Assembly (NCBI GenBank): GCA_965644315.1
Contig: CBFFRQ010000089.1
Coordinates: 496,001-560,000, forward strand
Source: Caecitellus pseudoparvulus
Lineage: Eukaryota > Protista > Bigyra: Bicosoecida
Direction: 5' to 3'
Length of the DNA: 64,000 nucleotides
The translations under genes and the position numbers were made by a program. Below are positions 1-8,912 of the stretch, piece by piece. The notes below the pieces were generated by a model. It was given only the letters and a program-made list of their open reading frames with translations, was not told the DNA's origin and searched no databases. How positions within the stretch are numbered: the stretch's first letter is position 1; every line of letters begins with the position of its first letter.

Positions 1-2
1 TC

Positions 3-3000
3 TTCACCCTGCCCGAGGGACAGGGTGGTGCCAAGGTCGTGGAGGTGCTGGCTGGCGGCCAGAGCTCTCTCGTGTCTGCGCTGCAGCCTGCGCCCGCCAG
101 CGCCTGGCCACCCGCTGCCTACTCCCAGTTCGTCTTCGACTACCTGCCCCCCAGGGTGGCGTCTGTGTCCCCCAACTGCGACACGTTCGGCTGCACCATC
201 ACCATCCGTGGCGAGAACTTTGGCAAGCGTGACTGCAACGCAGCTGGCCCCGTCACCCGCAACAGCACCGCCGACGACCCCGTGCAGGTGGCTGTGCGTG
301 TGCGGCAGGGTTCCGACGAGGCCCGCGGCCCAGATGACATGGAGTACAACTGTGTGCCCCAGTGCGCCGGCCACACCCACGACGAGTTCCAGTGCGTCCT
401 GGACCCCGGCATGGGGCGGGAGCTGGATGTGTATGTGCGCATCGGCAGCAAGGAGGCGCCCATCGACGCCAGCGCCGGCACGTACTCCTATGCGGCCCCC
501 ATCCTCACCTCCACAGTCAGCTCCTATGTCTCTGCCCGGGGCGCTGTGAACTTGACTTTCTACGGCAAGAGCATGGGCATTCCGGAGCGGTCTCCAGCCC
601 GCGTCTTCGTGGGTGGCAAGGAGTGCCTGAACGCCACCGTGGCCACCATCGACGCTGCCAACCGTGCCCAGAGCCTCAAGTGCCTGCGTCCCGAGACAGA
701 CACCATCGGTGCCAAGGAGGTGCGCTTCGAGCTGGCCTTCCAGCCAGAGCAGTCCGTGGCAGCCGCGGACGGTTTGCTGCAGTTCAATTGCCCTGATGGG
801 CACTACGGCCAGCCTGGCGAGCTCTGCGAGCCTTGCCCCATCGGTGGCGTGTGCGAACCCCATCGCGTGTCCTGCGTACAGTTCATCAACGACACTCGGT
901 ACGGCACGGAAGTGTGCACGCAGTACATGGCGCCGTACGCGCAGCCAGAGCACTGGCGCCTGACCCTGCCGACACCCAACCGTTTCTGCGATCAGCTGAA
1001 CCGCGGCAACCGCACGTACCCCAACAACGGCACATGCTTCTTCTTCGCCGGGTGCGACCCGCCCAACGCCTGCGCCGGGCGAAACTTGTGCACGGAGGGC
1101 TACAAAGGTGAGCGATGTGGGCAGTGTGTGCTGGGTTTCTTCCGCCTGGATGGTGAGTGCGTGAAGTGCCCCGACCTGGCAGGGCTGTACATCGCTTTGT
1201 TCGTCATCGGCATCCTCGTTATTTGCGCCGGCGGCTACTGGCTGAACAAGCAGAACATCAACCTCGCCTTCATCTCCATCGGCGTGGACTATCTGCAGGT
1301 GCTGGCGCTGTTCGCGCGCACCAAGATTGCCTGGCCTCCCGTCATCAAGAACCTCTTCCGCTTCATGTCCGTCTTCAACCTGAACATCGACTTGGCCGCG
1401 CCCGAGTGCCTGAACCCCGAGATGCAGTATGACGTCAAGTGGGCCGCCATCATGCTGCTGCCCGTCCTCATCGCTTCGGTGTTCTTCCTGGTGTACCTTG
1501 TGAACTACCTGTACAAGCGCTGCATCTTGAAGGTGGCAGCAGAGAAGCGCAACTCCCACATGCCGCAGTTGGTGGGCGTGTGCCTGACCATGTTCTACTT
1601 GCTGTACCTGTACCTCACCCGCACCACCTTTGACATCTTCAACTGCAGCCCCACCAACCCGGATGACGGCTTCCAGTACATGGAGGTGGTCTTCGAGAAG
1701 TGCTGGGAGAGTGACCTGCACAACCGCCTCTTCCCCGGTGCCATCGTTACCCTCATCGTGTATGTCATCGCGTACCCAGTCGGTGTTGGCTACGTCCTGT
1801 ACAGCAACAAGGACACAGTGAAGGTGGACCAGCTGCTGCGCGCGCAGTACCTGGGCGACGAAGCCAAGACCAGCACCCGCACCACGTACAGCTTCCGCAA
1901 GATGGCGGAGAAGCTGTACCGTAACTTCAAGCCTGGCAAGTGGTACTGGCAGGTCATCATTATCGCCCGCAAGTTCTTCATCGCCGTCACGTCCCTGCTC
2001 TTCCGCCGCACGCCTGCGTACCAGATGGCCATGATCGTCATGGTGCTGTTCTTCTCGTACGCCGCCCAGGTGAAGCAGCGCCCGTACATGTCCATGTCTG
2101 AGTACCGCGCCGAGGTGCTGTACCACGAGAAGAAGGTGCTGGAAGGCGACGCCCGGCACATGAAGCTGGACCAGGACATCAAGGACGCCAAGAAGAAGGC
2201 CCGCAAGGCAGACCGCTCCAAGGGCACCAACATGGACCGCATCCGCGCAAACAAGACCAAGGTGGCGGCGGCCTCCTTCGTCACTAACTACAACACGGTG
2301 GAGATGATCTTGCTCATGTGTGCCATTTTGGTGGCGCTGGCTGGCGTCATGTTCGACTCCCGGCGCTTCGCCGACGGCAAGAGCCCCGAGGGCAAGATCG
2401 CCCTCACCGCCCTGGTCATGATCATCATCATCGCCTCCCTCATCTACTTCATCTCCGTCTGCGTGTCGGAGATCATGGAGGCCGCCTTCCCGGACACCTT
2501 CGCCAAGACATGCAAGTGCTGCCGCGCCACCAAGTCCACCATCGAGCTGGAGGTGGAGGCAGGCATGATGAAGGGGCGCGGGGAGGCCATGGACATGGGC
2601 ACTGCTGTGAACCCCCTCATGATGCGCAAGAAGGACGGCAGCAAGGAAATCGACGAGGACATGCTCAGCCAGCTGAACGCCATCCTGCAGCAGGGCAAGG
2701 TGCCCAACCACCAGCAGTGGCAGGCCATCCGCACGCACGTGCTGGGCATGCGCACCACGGTGACGGACTTGAACCTGCAGGCCCGTGCTCTGAAGAAGGC
2801 CCAGACGCTGGCACAGGCCAAGAAGTCCTTGTCCAAGAACACCGCCTCCAAGCCCAAGAAGAAGGGCCGCAAGAAGTTCGCAGCCACTGCCAGCCGCGCC
2901 CAGGGCGACGGCGAGCAGACCACCAAGAAGCAGGCATGGGCGGACGCCATGAAGGGCGGAGCTGCCAAGGGGCTGGACTCCGACACCTCTGCCCTGCTGC

Positions 3001-3029
3001 GCCAGCAGATGGCGGCACGCCAGGGTTGA
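3..3029 (+). CDS. 5'-truncated large membrane protein: IPT/TIG-like Ig domains, Cys-rich EGF/TNFR-like region, multi-pass TM region, basic coiled-coil tail
   Basis: The frame is open from the window edge (FTLPEGQGG...) to TGA at 3027-3029, with strong GC3 bias. IPT-like segments are FDYLPPRVASVSP..TITIRGENFG and YSYAAPILTS..NLTFYGKSMG. Cys motifs include CPDGHYG..CEPCPIGGVC and CTEGYKGERCGQC..GFF...CVKCP. Multiple hydrophobic helices follow, with motifs typical of protist 7TM/TRP-like surface proteins (DYLQVL..F, WP..IKNLF, WYWQVIIIARKF). Confidence 0.8.
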   Translation, partial: FTLPEGQGGAKVVEVLAGGQSSLVSALQPAPASAWPPAAYSQFVFDYLPPRVASVSPNCDTFGCTITIRGENFGKRDCNAAGPVTRNSTADDPVQVAVRVRQGSDEARGPDDMEYNCVPQCAGHTHDEFQCVLDPGMGRELDVYVRIGSKEAPIDASAGTYSYAAPILTSTVSSYVSARGAVNLTFYGKSMGIPERSPARVFVGGKECLNATVATIDAANRAQSLKCLRPETDTIGAKEVRFELAFQPEQSVAAADGLLQFNCPDGHYGQPGELCEPCPIGGVCEPHRVSCVQFINDTRYGTEVCTQYMAPYAQPEHWRLTLPTPNRFCDQLNRGNRTYPNNGTCFFFAGCDPPNACAGRNLCTEGYKGERCGQCVLGFFRLDGECVKCPDLAGLYIALFVIGILVICAGGYWLNKQNINLAFISIGVDYLQVLALFARTKIAWPPVIKNLFRFMSVFNLNIDLAAPECLNPEMQYDVKWAAIMLLPVLIASVFFLVYLVNYLYKRCILKVAAEKRNSHMPQLVGVCLTMFYLLYLYLTRTTFDIFNCSPTNPDDGFQYMEVVFEKCWESDLHNRLFPGAIVTLIVYVIAYPVGVGYVLYSNKDTVKVDQLLRAQYLGDEAKTSTRTTYSFRKMAEKLYRNFKPGKWYWQVIIIARKFFIAVTSLLFRRTPAYQMAMIVMVLFFSYAAQVKQRPYMSMSEYRAEVLYHEKKVLEGDARHMKLDQDIKDAKKKARKADRSKGTNMDRIRANKTKVAAASFVTNYNTVEMILLMCAILVALAGVMFDSRRFADGKSPEGKIALTALVMIIIIASLIYFISVCVSEIMEAAFPDTFAKTCKCCRATKSTIELEVEAGMMKGRGEAMDMGTAVNPLMMRKKDGSKEIDEDMLSQLNAILQQGKVPNHQQWQAIRTHVLGMRTTVTDLNLQARALKKAQTLAQAKKSLSKNTASKPKKKGRKKFAATASRAQGDGEQTTKKQAWADAMKGGAAKGLDSDTSALLRQQMAARQG

Positions 3030-3444
3030 GGTGCCTGGCCGGGCTGAGGCAGTCTCGCCAGCGCCTGCATGTGTGCCCCCCATTGACGTTTTTCCTGCTT
3101 CTCATCGAGTCTGCTGCTCCCTGCAGCAGCCTCGCCTTCCTCGCTTTTCTGTGTGAGTGGCCTGTCTCTGGGCAGGATTGCCGCCGACTGCGCGCCATGT
3201 TCCTCTGCGTTCTTGCGCTTGCAGTTTGGCGGCCCAATGCACTGTTTCGCTCTGCTGCAGACGGCATGGGCTGTGTAGTTTGCAGTGCAAACTTGACTCA
3301 GCCAAGACAATTCAAGCTGCGTCCAGTAGAACGAAAGGAAGCTCGTTGTTCCTTGAGCCAAGCGTTGGTCCCTCGGCGTCGGGATCTTGCAGGGCACACA
3401 AGGATTGTTTTGGTGCGGATTTTGACAGAAGCCACCCCGCCGAC

Positions 3445-4755
3445 ATGCTTGCTGTGCCTGCGCGCCGGGCAGCTTCTCAGCTGGCGCGCAGTTTTTGCAC
3501 TACACCCAAGTACATGCGGGGTGTCGTTGTGGAGGGAGAGGGCGCCGGCGCCAAAGCTGTTGTGCAGGAGGGCTTGCCTGTGCCGGTGCCAGTGGCAGAC
3601 GAAGTACTGATCAAGGTGTCTGCATCTGGCATCAACCGACCTGACCTGCTACAGAAAGCCGGCCTGTACCCCGCCCCTCCCGGATCATCCCCACTCTTGG
3701 GTCTTGAAGTCGCGGGGCACCTGGCGTCAGGTGAGGACGCTGGAACTCCTGTGATGGCTCTGACAAATGGTGGCGGCTATGCTGAGTATTGTGTTGTACC
3801 ACGGGGGCAAGTCATGCCACTGGAGACTTCGTGGGAAATGCCCATGCACGTAGCTGCCGCCATTCCTGAAGCCCTGCTGACTGCATGGTACAACGTCCTG
3901 TACCTTGGCGGCCTTCGCCCCGGCGGGGCCATCCTCATCCACGGGGGCACGTCAGGCGTGGGCAGTGCTGCGACTCGCCTGGCAGCAGCGCAGGGCGCTC
4001 GCTGCATCATCACCACCGTCGGATCCCAGGCCAAGGCAGAGCTGTCGAAGGAGCTGGGCGCTCATCACACCGTGGTATACAGGGAGCAGCCTGACTGGGA
4101 CAAGGCCATCAAGGCAGATGCAGACGTGTGGCAGCGCGTCACAGGGAAGCATGTAGATGCCCAACACTCCACCTCAAGCGCAGGGCACAATCTGCAGCGG
4201 AGCTGTGGGCATGGCGTGAAGGAGGCTGTGGCGGACGGGCTGGGCCCAAGTGGCGCGGGAGCCTTCACCCCCCTGAGCAGCGAGGCTGCGCATGACCTGC
4301 CAGCTTTGCCGTGTGACGGTCTGGACTGCGTGCTGGACATGGTGGGGGGGGGGTACATCCCCAAGAGCATAGGCCTGTTGGGCACAGGCGGTAGGCATGT
4401 GTCCATCGCCTTCCAGCAGGGTTCCAAAGTGCCCAGCATGGACTTCATGCGGGTCATGCTCAAGCGCCTGCAGCTGACGGGGTCCACCCTTCGTTCCCGC
4501 TCGCCTGCGTTCAAGGCAAGCCTTGTGGCCGATGTGATGGCGGCCATCTCAGCGCACCGCCTCTTCCATGCGCCACCCGGCGTGCGCCAGGAGGAGGCCT
4601 GGGGCCTGTACAGTGGCAGTCAAGGGTGCAGACATTTGCAGGCAGCACCCTTGGCCCCTCTCTTGGCCCAGCGCTGGCCAATGGAGCAAGTGGAGGAGGC
4701 TCACGTAGCGTTGAAGGGGGGGGACATGCCCGGCAAGCATGTTCTAGAGTGGTGA
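3445..4755 (+). CDS. NADPH:quinone oxidoreductase (PIG3/zeta-crystallin type, MDR superfamily), probable mitochondrial presequence
   Basis: Motifs EVLIKVSASGINRPDLLQKAGLYPAPPG..LGLEVAG, GGGYAEY, AAAIPEA, ILIHGGTSGVG, MLKRLQLTGSTLR and GKHVL. The ATG at 3445 gives an Arg/Ser-rich N-terminus, MLAVPARRAASQLARSF. Confidence 0.9.
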   Translation: MLAVPARRAASQLARSFCTTPKYMRGVVVEGEGAGAKAVVQEGLPVPVPVADEVLIKVSASGINRPDLLQKAGLYPAPPGSSPLLGLEVAGHLASGEDAGTPVMALTNGGGYAEYCVVPRGQVMPLETSWEMPMHVAAAIPEALLTAWYNVLYLGGLRPGGAILIHGGTSGVGSAATRLAAAQGARCIITTVGSQAKAELSKELGAHHTVVYREQPDWDKAIKADADVWQRVTGKHVDAQHSTSSAGHNLQRSCGHGVKEAVADGLGPSGAGAFTPLSSEAAHDLPALPCDGLDCVLDMVGGGYIPKSIGLLGTGGRHVSIAFQQGSKVPSMDFMRVMLKRLQLTGSTLRSRSPAFKASLVADVMAAISAHRLFHAPPGVRQEEAWGLYSGSQGCRHLQAAPLAPLLAQRWPMEQVEEAHVALKGGDMPGKHVLEW

Positions 4756-5065
4756 AATCAGAGGAGGGTGCAGACGCACATGGCACTTACGGGCCTAAAT
4801 GGGCCGTCCAGGGCGGCATGCTGGTGGCAGCAGCGTAGGTACAGATGCTGTGCTTGCGTGAGGTGTGTGCAGTTTCTCCGATGGGCTGCAAGGTTACAAG
4901 CCACCCACAATACACATTGTGTCCCACACAGTCAGCGCACCCTTTTCTAAGGCAAGTGACTGAGTGCACTGCACATCGCTGTGCACGCGCATGCAGCGCG
5001 GTGGGCTGGAGTAGAGGGTGTGCAGGCGTTGAGACTAGCCGTCGCCGCGGCACCTCAGCGCCATC

Positions 5066-6015
5066 ATGGCGTCCACCGGCATGGGGCTGGACCTGAGTGA
5101 TGCGACGTCAGAGAAGCTCGTGGGCGTTTTCATCGGCTCCATCGCCACCTTCATGCTGATTTTCGTGGGCATCATGTGGAAACAAAGCAACGAAGTGGTC
5201 ATCGCCCGAAGGTGAGCCGCGAGGTTACATGAGCGTTTCACAGGCGCCCACCAGCTCGCTGCTGCCCAAAGAGCGACACGTCCAGTGGGCCTGTGCTTTC
5301 CTGGGTGTTCATTTTAGCCAGCTCGATGTGTGGGCCGTGGCTGTGTTTCGATGCCGGCTGCTGCGATCCTGCTGCTTCTGGCACTTCCCGCTCGCTCCCC
5401 ACGCAGAGCCATTTGGTGGGTTCGCATTTCGTATGCGATTCTGCTGGCTTGTGCGGCCCTGCAGATCTGCTTTGAAGCTGAGATTGCCCAGAGCTTGACG
5501 TTCCCGATGTATGGAGGCGCTCGCCCGACAGCCCACTTGCTGGTCATCTTTATGGGCTTCTTTGTGAACTCCCACCATTGCTTCCGGTGGCTCACGATCA
5601 TGGCACAGTGCGTCTTCATCATCTTCGACACATTCTCAGTGGCTCACATTGACTTGCAGCTGCAGTGCCGCTCAAACGGCACGTGCGAGTCCACCGATGG
5701 CTGGAGCGTGATGGACCTGACGGTCATCCAGGTCAGGCACTACGTCGCGTTGTGGTTTGAAATCTGGACGGTCCTCATCACAGCCTACCTCATGTTTGTC
5801 ATTGGTATCTGCTGGCCACGGTACCCAGTGCGCATGTTCTCCTCTTCCCAACCCTTGTCCGTGCTCCCAGGTGGCCGCACACAATACGGTAAGTGCACCT
5901 CGAATGCTCCCTGGCCTCCACCCAGCGCGCAGGCAGGCACCCTTCTCCCGCGCTCTTTCCTGCTGCTTGCACAGGGCGTATTCATGCTGCGAACGCCAAA
6001 CTGGACACAATCTGA
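5066..6015 (+). CDS. Small multi-pass membrane protein of unknown function; predicted exons 5066-5211, 5407-5888, 5975-6015
   Basis: ATG at 5066 (MASTGMGLDLSDATSEKLVGVFIGSIATFMLIFVGIMW). GTGAGC donor at 5212 with CAG acceptor at 5406, and GTAAGT donor at 5889 with CAG acceptor at 5974, join in frame to TGA at 6013-6015. About 5 hydrophobic segments. Confidence 0.6.
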
Positions 6016-6195
6016 GTGGGGCCTAGGGGACAAGCTCAATGCTCCACCACTCCTTGGGATTCCTGGAACGAAGGAATTCGCCCGCACTTTCATTTCCTCG
6101 GCGACTTGGTGGCTCGGTGTAGACTAATTGAATGCATTTTCTGACGCATGATATGCACTTGGCATCCCCTAGGCCCGAGGGAGTGCTTGGCGGCT

Positions 6196-6207
6196 CCAAT
6201 TTCCGCA
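6196..6207 (+). promoter_or_regulatory. Candidate 5'-proximal motif CCAATTTCCGCA (copy 1 of 4)
   Basis: Exact 12-mer two bases upstream of ATG 6210. Identical copies at 8634-8645 (-), 54302-54313 (+) and 59239-59250 (-). Confidence 0.45.
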
Positions 6208-6209
6208 CC

Positions 6210-7355
6210 ATGCAACGCAACAGGCGCGACAGTGGCATGCACAGTCCCATTGACGCCAGGAAGTTCCGCAGAGTACCTGTCGATAGGTTGGACAGGAAAG
6301 CAACGTGTTCGGCTAGTCCCCCAACTGCAGGAGTGCAGGCGGGGACGCAGGGTGACACGGTTGCTGGCGCCGAGTCACACCCTTCGCCGGGCCTGAGTAC
6401 GCTGCTGACGGAGCGGGAGCAGCAGCGGCTGCTTCACGACGACATCAACGTGGAGGCTTTAAAACATGAGGTCAAGATGAGCGGGTACTTTGCTGCTGCG
6501 GGGAAGCACCACGAGCGCGGGCTGGAGCACACCCGCACAATGTTGTCCATGGATGCCTGGCGCGAAGGTGACGGCCGCAGCACCGTCGACAGCGAAGCTC
6601 TGAGTCCAATTGCACAAGCACTGCGTGCAGCGGGGGGACAAGATGATGCAAGGGAGTCCTGGAAGCACCTCCGGGGGGCTGCTCAAAGTGGGGGCGGCGA
6701 AGAGGACTTTGTGTGGGGCACAGAGGAGGGCAGTGGCATGGCCTTTGCCTTGGCTCCCGAGTTCCGGGGCCCCGATTTCGACGAAGACTTCTACCACCTC
6801 TTTGCATCTGGGCAAGTGCTGGATCCCACTGACCTGGACGCCTGTTTGGCGGCATCGCACCTGAGCGCGGGCATGTTCCCACACTCAAGTGAGAGACGAG
6901 GCAGTCGCAGCACAGCGGCGTTTGCGTCTCCAGGCATGAACTTTCAAACAAAGGAGTACTCAAAGCGTAGGCTCCGACAGTACGGCAAGTGGTACGTGAA
7001 GGACCGGAGCAAGTGGACACCGCACTTCCATGCTGGGGGCAGTGGTGTTGATGCGCCTGAGTTGCTGGACCCAGCGGAGCGCAAACGGAAGGAGCTCTTG
7101 TTGCAGCAAGCCCAGCACATGCACGCGCGACTTCAGCAGCATGACATTGCATTCATCTTCAGAGACGCTGTGCGGAAGTCTGCTCAAGACTCAGGGGATG
7201 CCTTTGGCAAACGCATGCCACTTTGCCTGCAGGATTTGCCCGAGCAGCGGGAAGGACAGGAAGGCAGCAACGGCCTCTTGAAATTGAAGCGCACGGCACG
7301 GCGCCTGCGTGCTGCCAACGCCTTGCGCCAGGCAAAGCTTTCAAGCACAGGGTGA
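6210..7355 (+). CDS. Hypothetical protein (start may be 6132 or 6210)
   Basis: Uninterrupted ORF of about 380-407 codons filling the space between neighbours. Ordered-looking C-terminal motifs KRRLRQYGKWYVKD..KW and IAFIFRDAV...GKRMPLCL. No family recognised. Confidence 0.6.
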   Translation: MQRNRRDSGMHSPIDARKFRRVPVDRLDRKATCSASPPTAGVQAGTQGDTVAGAESHPSPGLSTLLTEREQQRLLHDDINVEALKHEVKMSGYFAAAGKHHERGLEHTRTMLSMDAWREGDGRSTVDSEALSPIAQALRAAGGQDDARESWKHLRGAAQSGGGEEDFVWGTEEGSGMAFALAPEFRGPDFDEDFYHLFASGQVLDPTDLDACLAASHLSAGMFPHSSERRGSRSTAAFASPGMNFQTKEYSKRRLRQYGKWYVKDRSKWTPHFHAGGSGVDAPELLDPAERKRKELLLQQAQHMHARLQQHDIAFIFRDAVRKSAQDSGDAFGKRMPLCLQDLPEQREGQEGSNGLLKLKRTARRLRAANALRQAKLSSTG

Positions 7356-7377
7356 CAGCGACACGGCTCTGAACGTG

Positions 7378-8817
7378 TCAGTATGGGGCGCCAGCGGACC
7401 GTGTCTTGCTGTGCTTGTGGCTGTGCTTGCGGCCTTGTTTGCGGGAGCGGCTGGACTTGCCACCGGCTGCCGCCTGGGCCAAACCCATCAGTGGCATGGC
7501 TGTGGCCTCTGTTGCAGCTTGCGGAGGAGGCGCTGCGCTCCAAGTCGCCAGGCTGCCATCTTCTGCACCCGACACAAAGAGCGGAGCGCCTGCACCAGCG
7601 GGTTGTGCCCGCGCCAGGCACCGCACATCGTCCGTGTGCCCGCCTGTCATGGCCTGCATGTGTCGCAATCCTGCATGCTGCACGTCAAAGGCATGCAACG
7701 CCCCAGAGTGGGACCCTGCCCACAAGCTCAGGGCCTGAGAAGCGGCGTCATACGTGCAGTCAATGAGAAAGGAGCAGTCTAGCCCGGCCTGCATGAATGT
7801 GAGGGAGAGGTTGGGGTGGTGTGTCATGCTTTCCCCTGAGCCCAGGTTCCACAACTGCAGGGAAACGGACTGCGTGGTGGCGTAGACACAGGAGCCCTGA
7901 GGCCCAAAGACGCCCATGGAGGAGACGCCCCCGTCCGCGGTGATGGAGCCGGACAACGCTTCAGCCTCCCCTGACACGGCCGTGTTGTACACGTTAATCA
8001 GGCCAGCCTCATCTGCCGAAAGCAGGGTGGATGTCAAGTGTGGGTGGAACAGCAGGTTGGTGATGCACTCTGAGTGGGACTCAGTGTACCCGCCCAGGAG
8101 CGGCCACTCCGCCGACGCCGACAGCTTGCGCACGTCGTAGAAGCGCACTTGGGTGCCTGAGCCCACTGCGAGCATGGAGCCACCACAGCCCACACCCAAG
8201 GCGGTAATGGGGGGTGTAATCATCTTTGACGAGCGAGCAGCCAACTCAGCTGCCTCTGTCAAGTGAGCGACCTCCCCAGCGGGCACGGGAGGCGCCGTTG
8301 TAGCAGACACAGCCCCCCCACTGCGCAGGTCCAGGCAAGCGATAGAGCCGTCCAATGCAGCAGAGTACAGTGTGGATGGGCTTGATGGGCTCCACTTCAC
8401 CGTCATTGCGCTGTCTCCATGCTTGTGCAGCTGTAAGTGCGTGGGGGGTGTGGTGTGGGAACCAGTGCTGTGCTCGTGCGTCGGGCACCCGTGCACTCAC
8501 GCCTGTGGGTGAGCACTTGACCTTCAGAGTCGCAGGATCATACACTAGTACTGTGCCAGCAGATGTGGACACTGCGACATCCGCTTGGCTGGATGCAGAG
8601 CTGTGGGCATACAAGGGGCAGGGCAAGGCGTGCTGCGGAAATTGGTGCGTCCGGAAAGCACCGCACAGCTTGCCTCGTACCAGGCAAGAACGTATTCGAG
8701 GCCGCCCACAGTAGAAGCCGAAGGGAAAACGCATGTTTTGTGTGCCACCAAGCTGAGCTCGGGCTCTGCTCCAGTCACAGTGGGAGCAGGCCCGGCGCTG
8801 GGATTGGCGGCTGCCAT
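7378..8817 (-). CDS. WDR89: WD40-repeat protein WDR89-like (two introns near the 5' end)
   Basis: The WDR89-type segment VRFYDVRK...LLGGYTESHSECITNLLFHPH...LLSADEAGLINVYN is present, plus GGHTDDVRC and LFVSGAEDGSLATW. ATG at 8817. GTACGA and GTGAGT donors with CAG acceptors restore the frame. Confidence 0.75.
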
Positions 8818-8912
8818 CACCTGTGTGTTAGTGAGCGCCCCTCACTCCCTCACAGCCGGGAGGCAGGGAGGGAGAAGGCAGGAACTTCGTTGCATTGGTC
8901 GGTATGGCGGGT

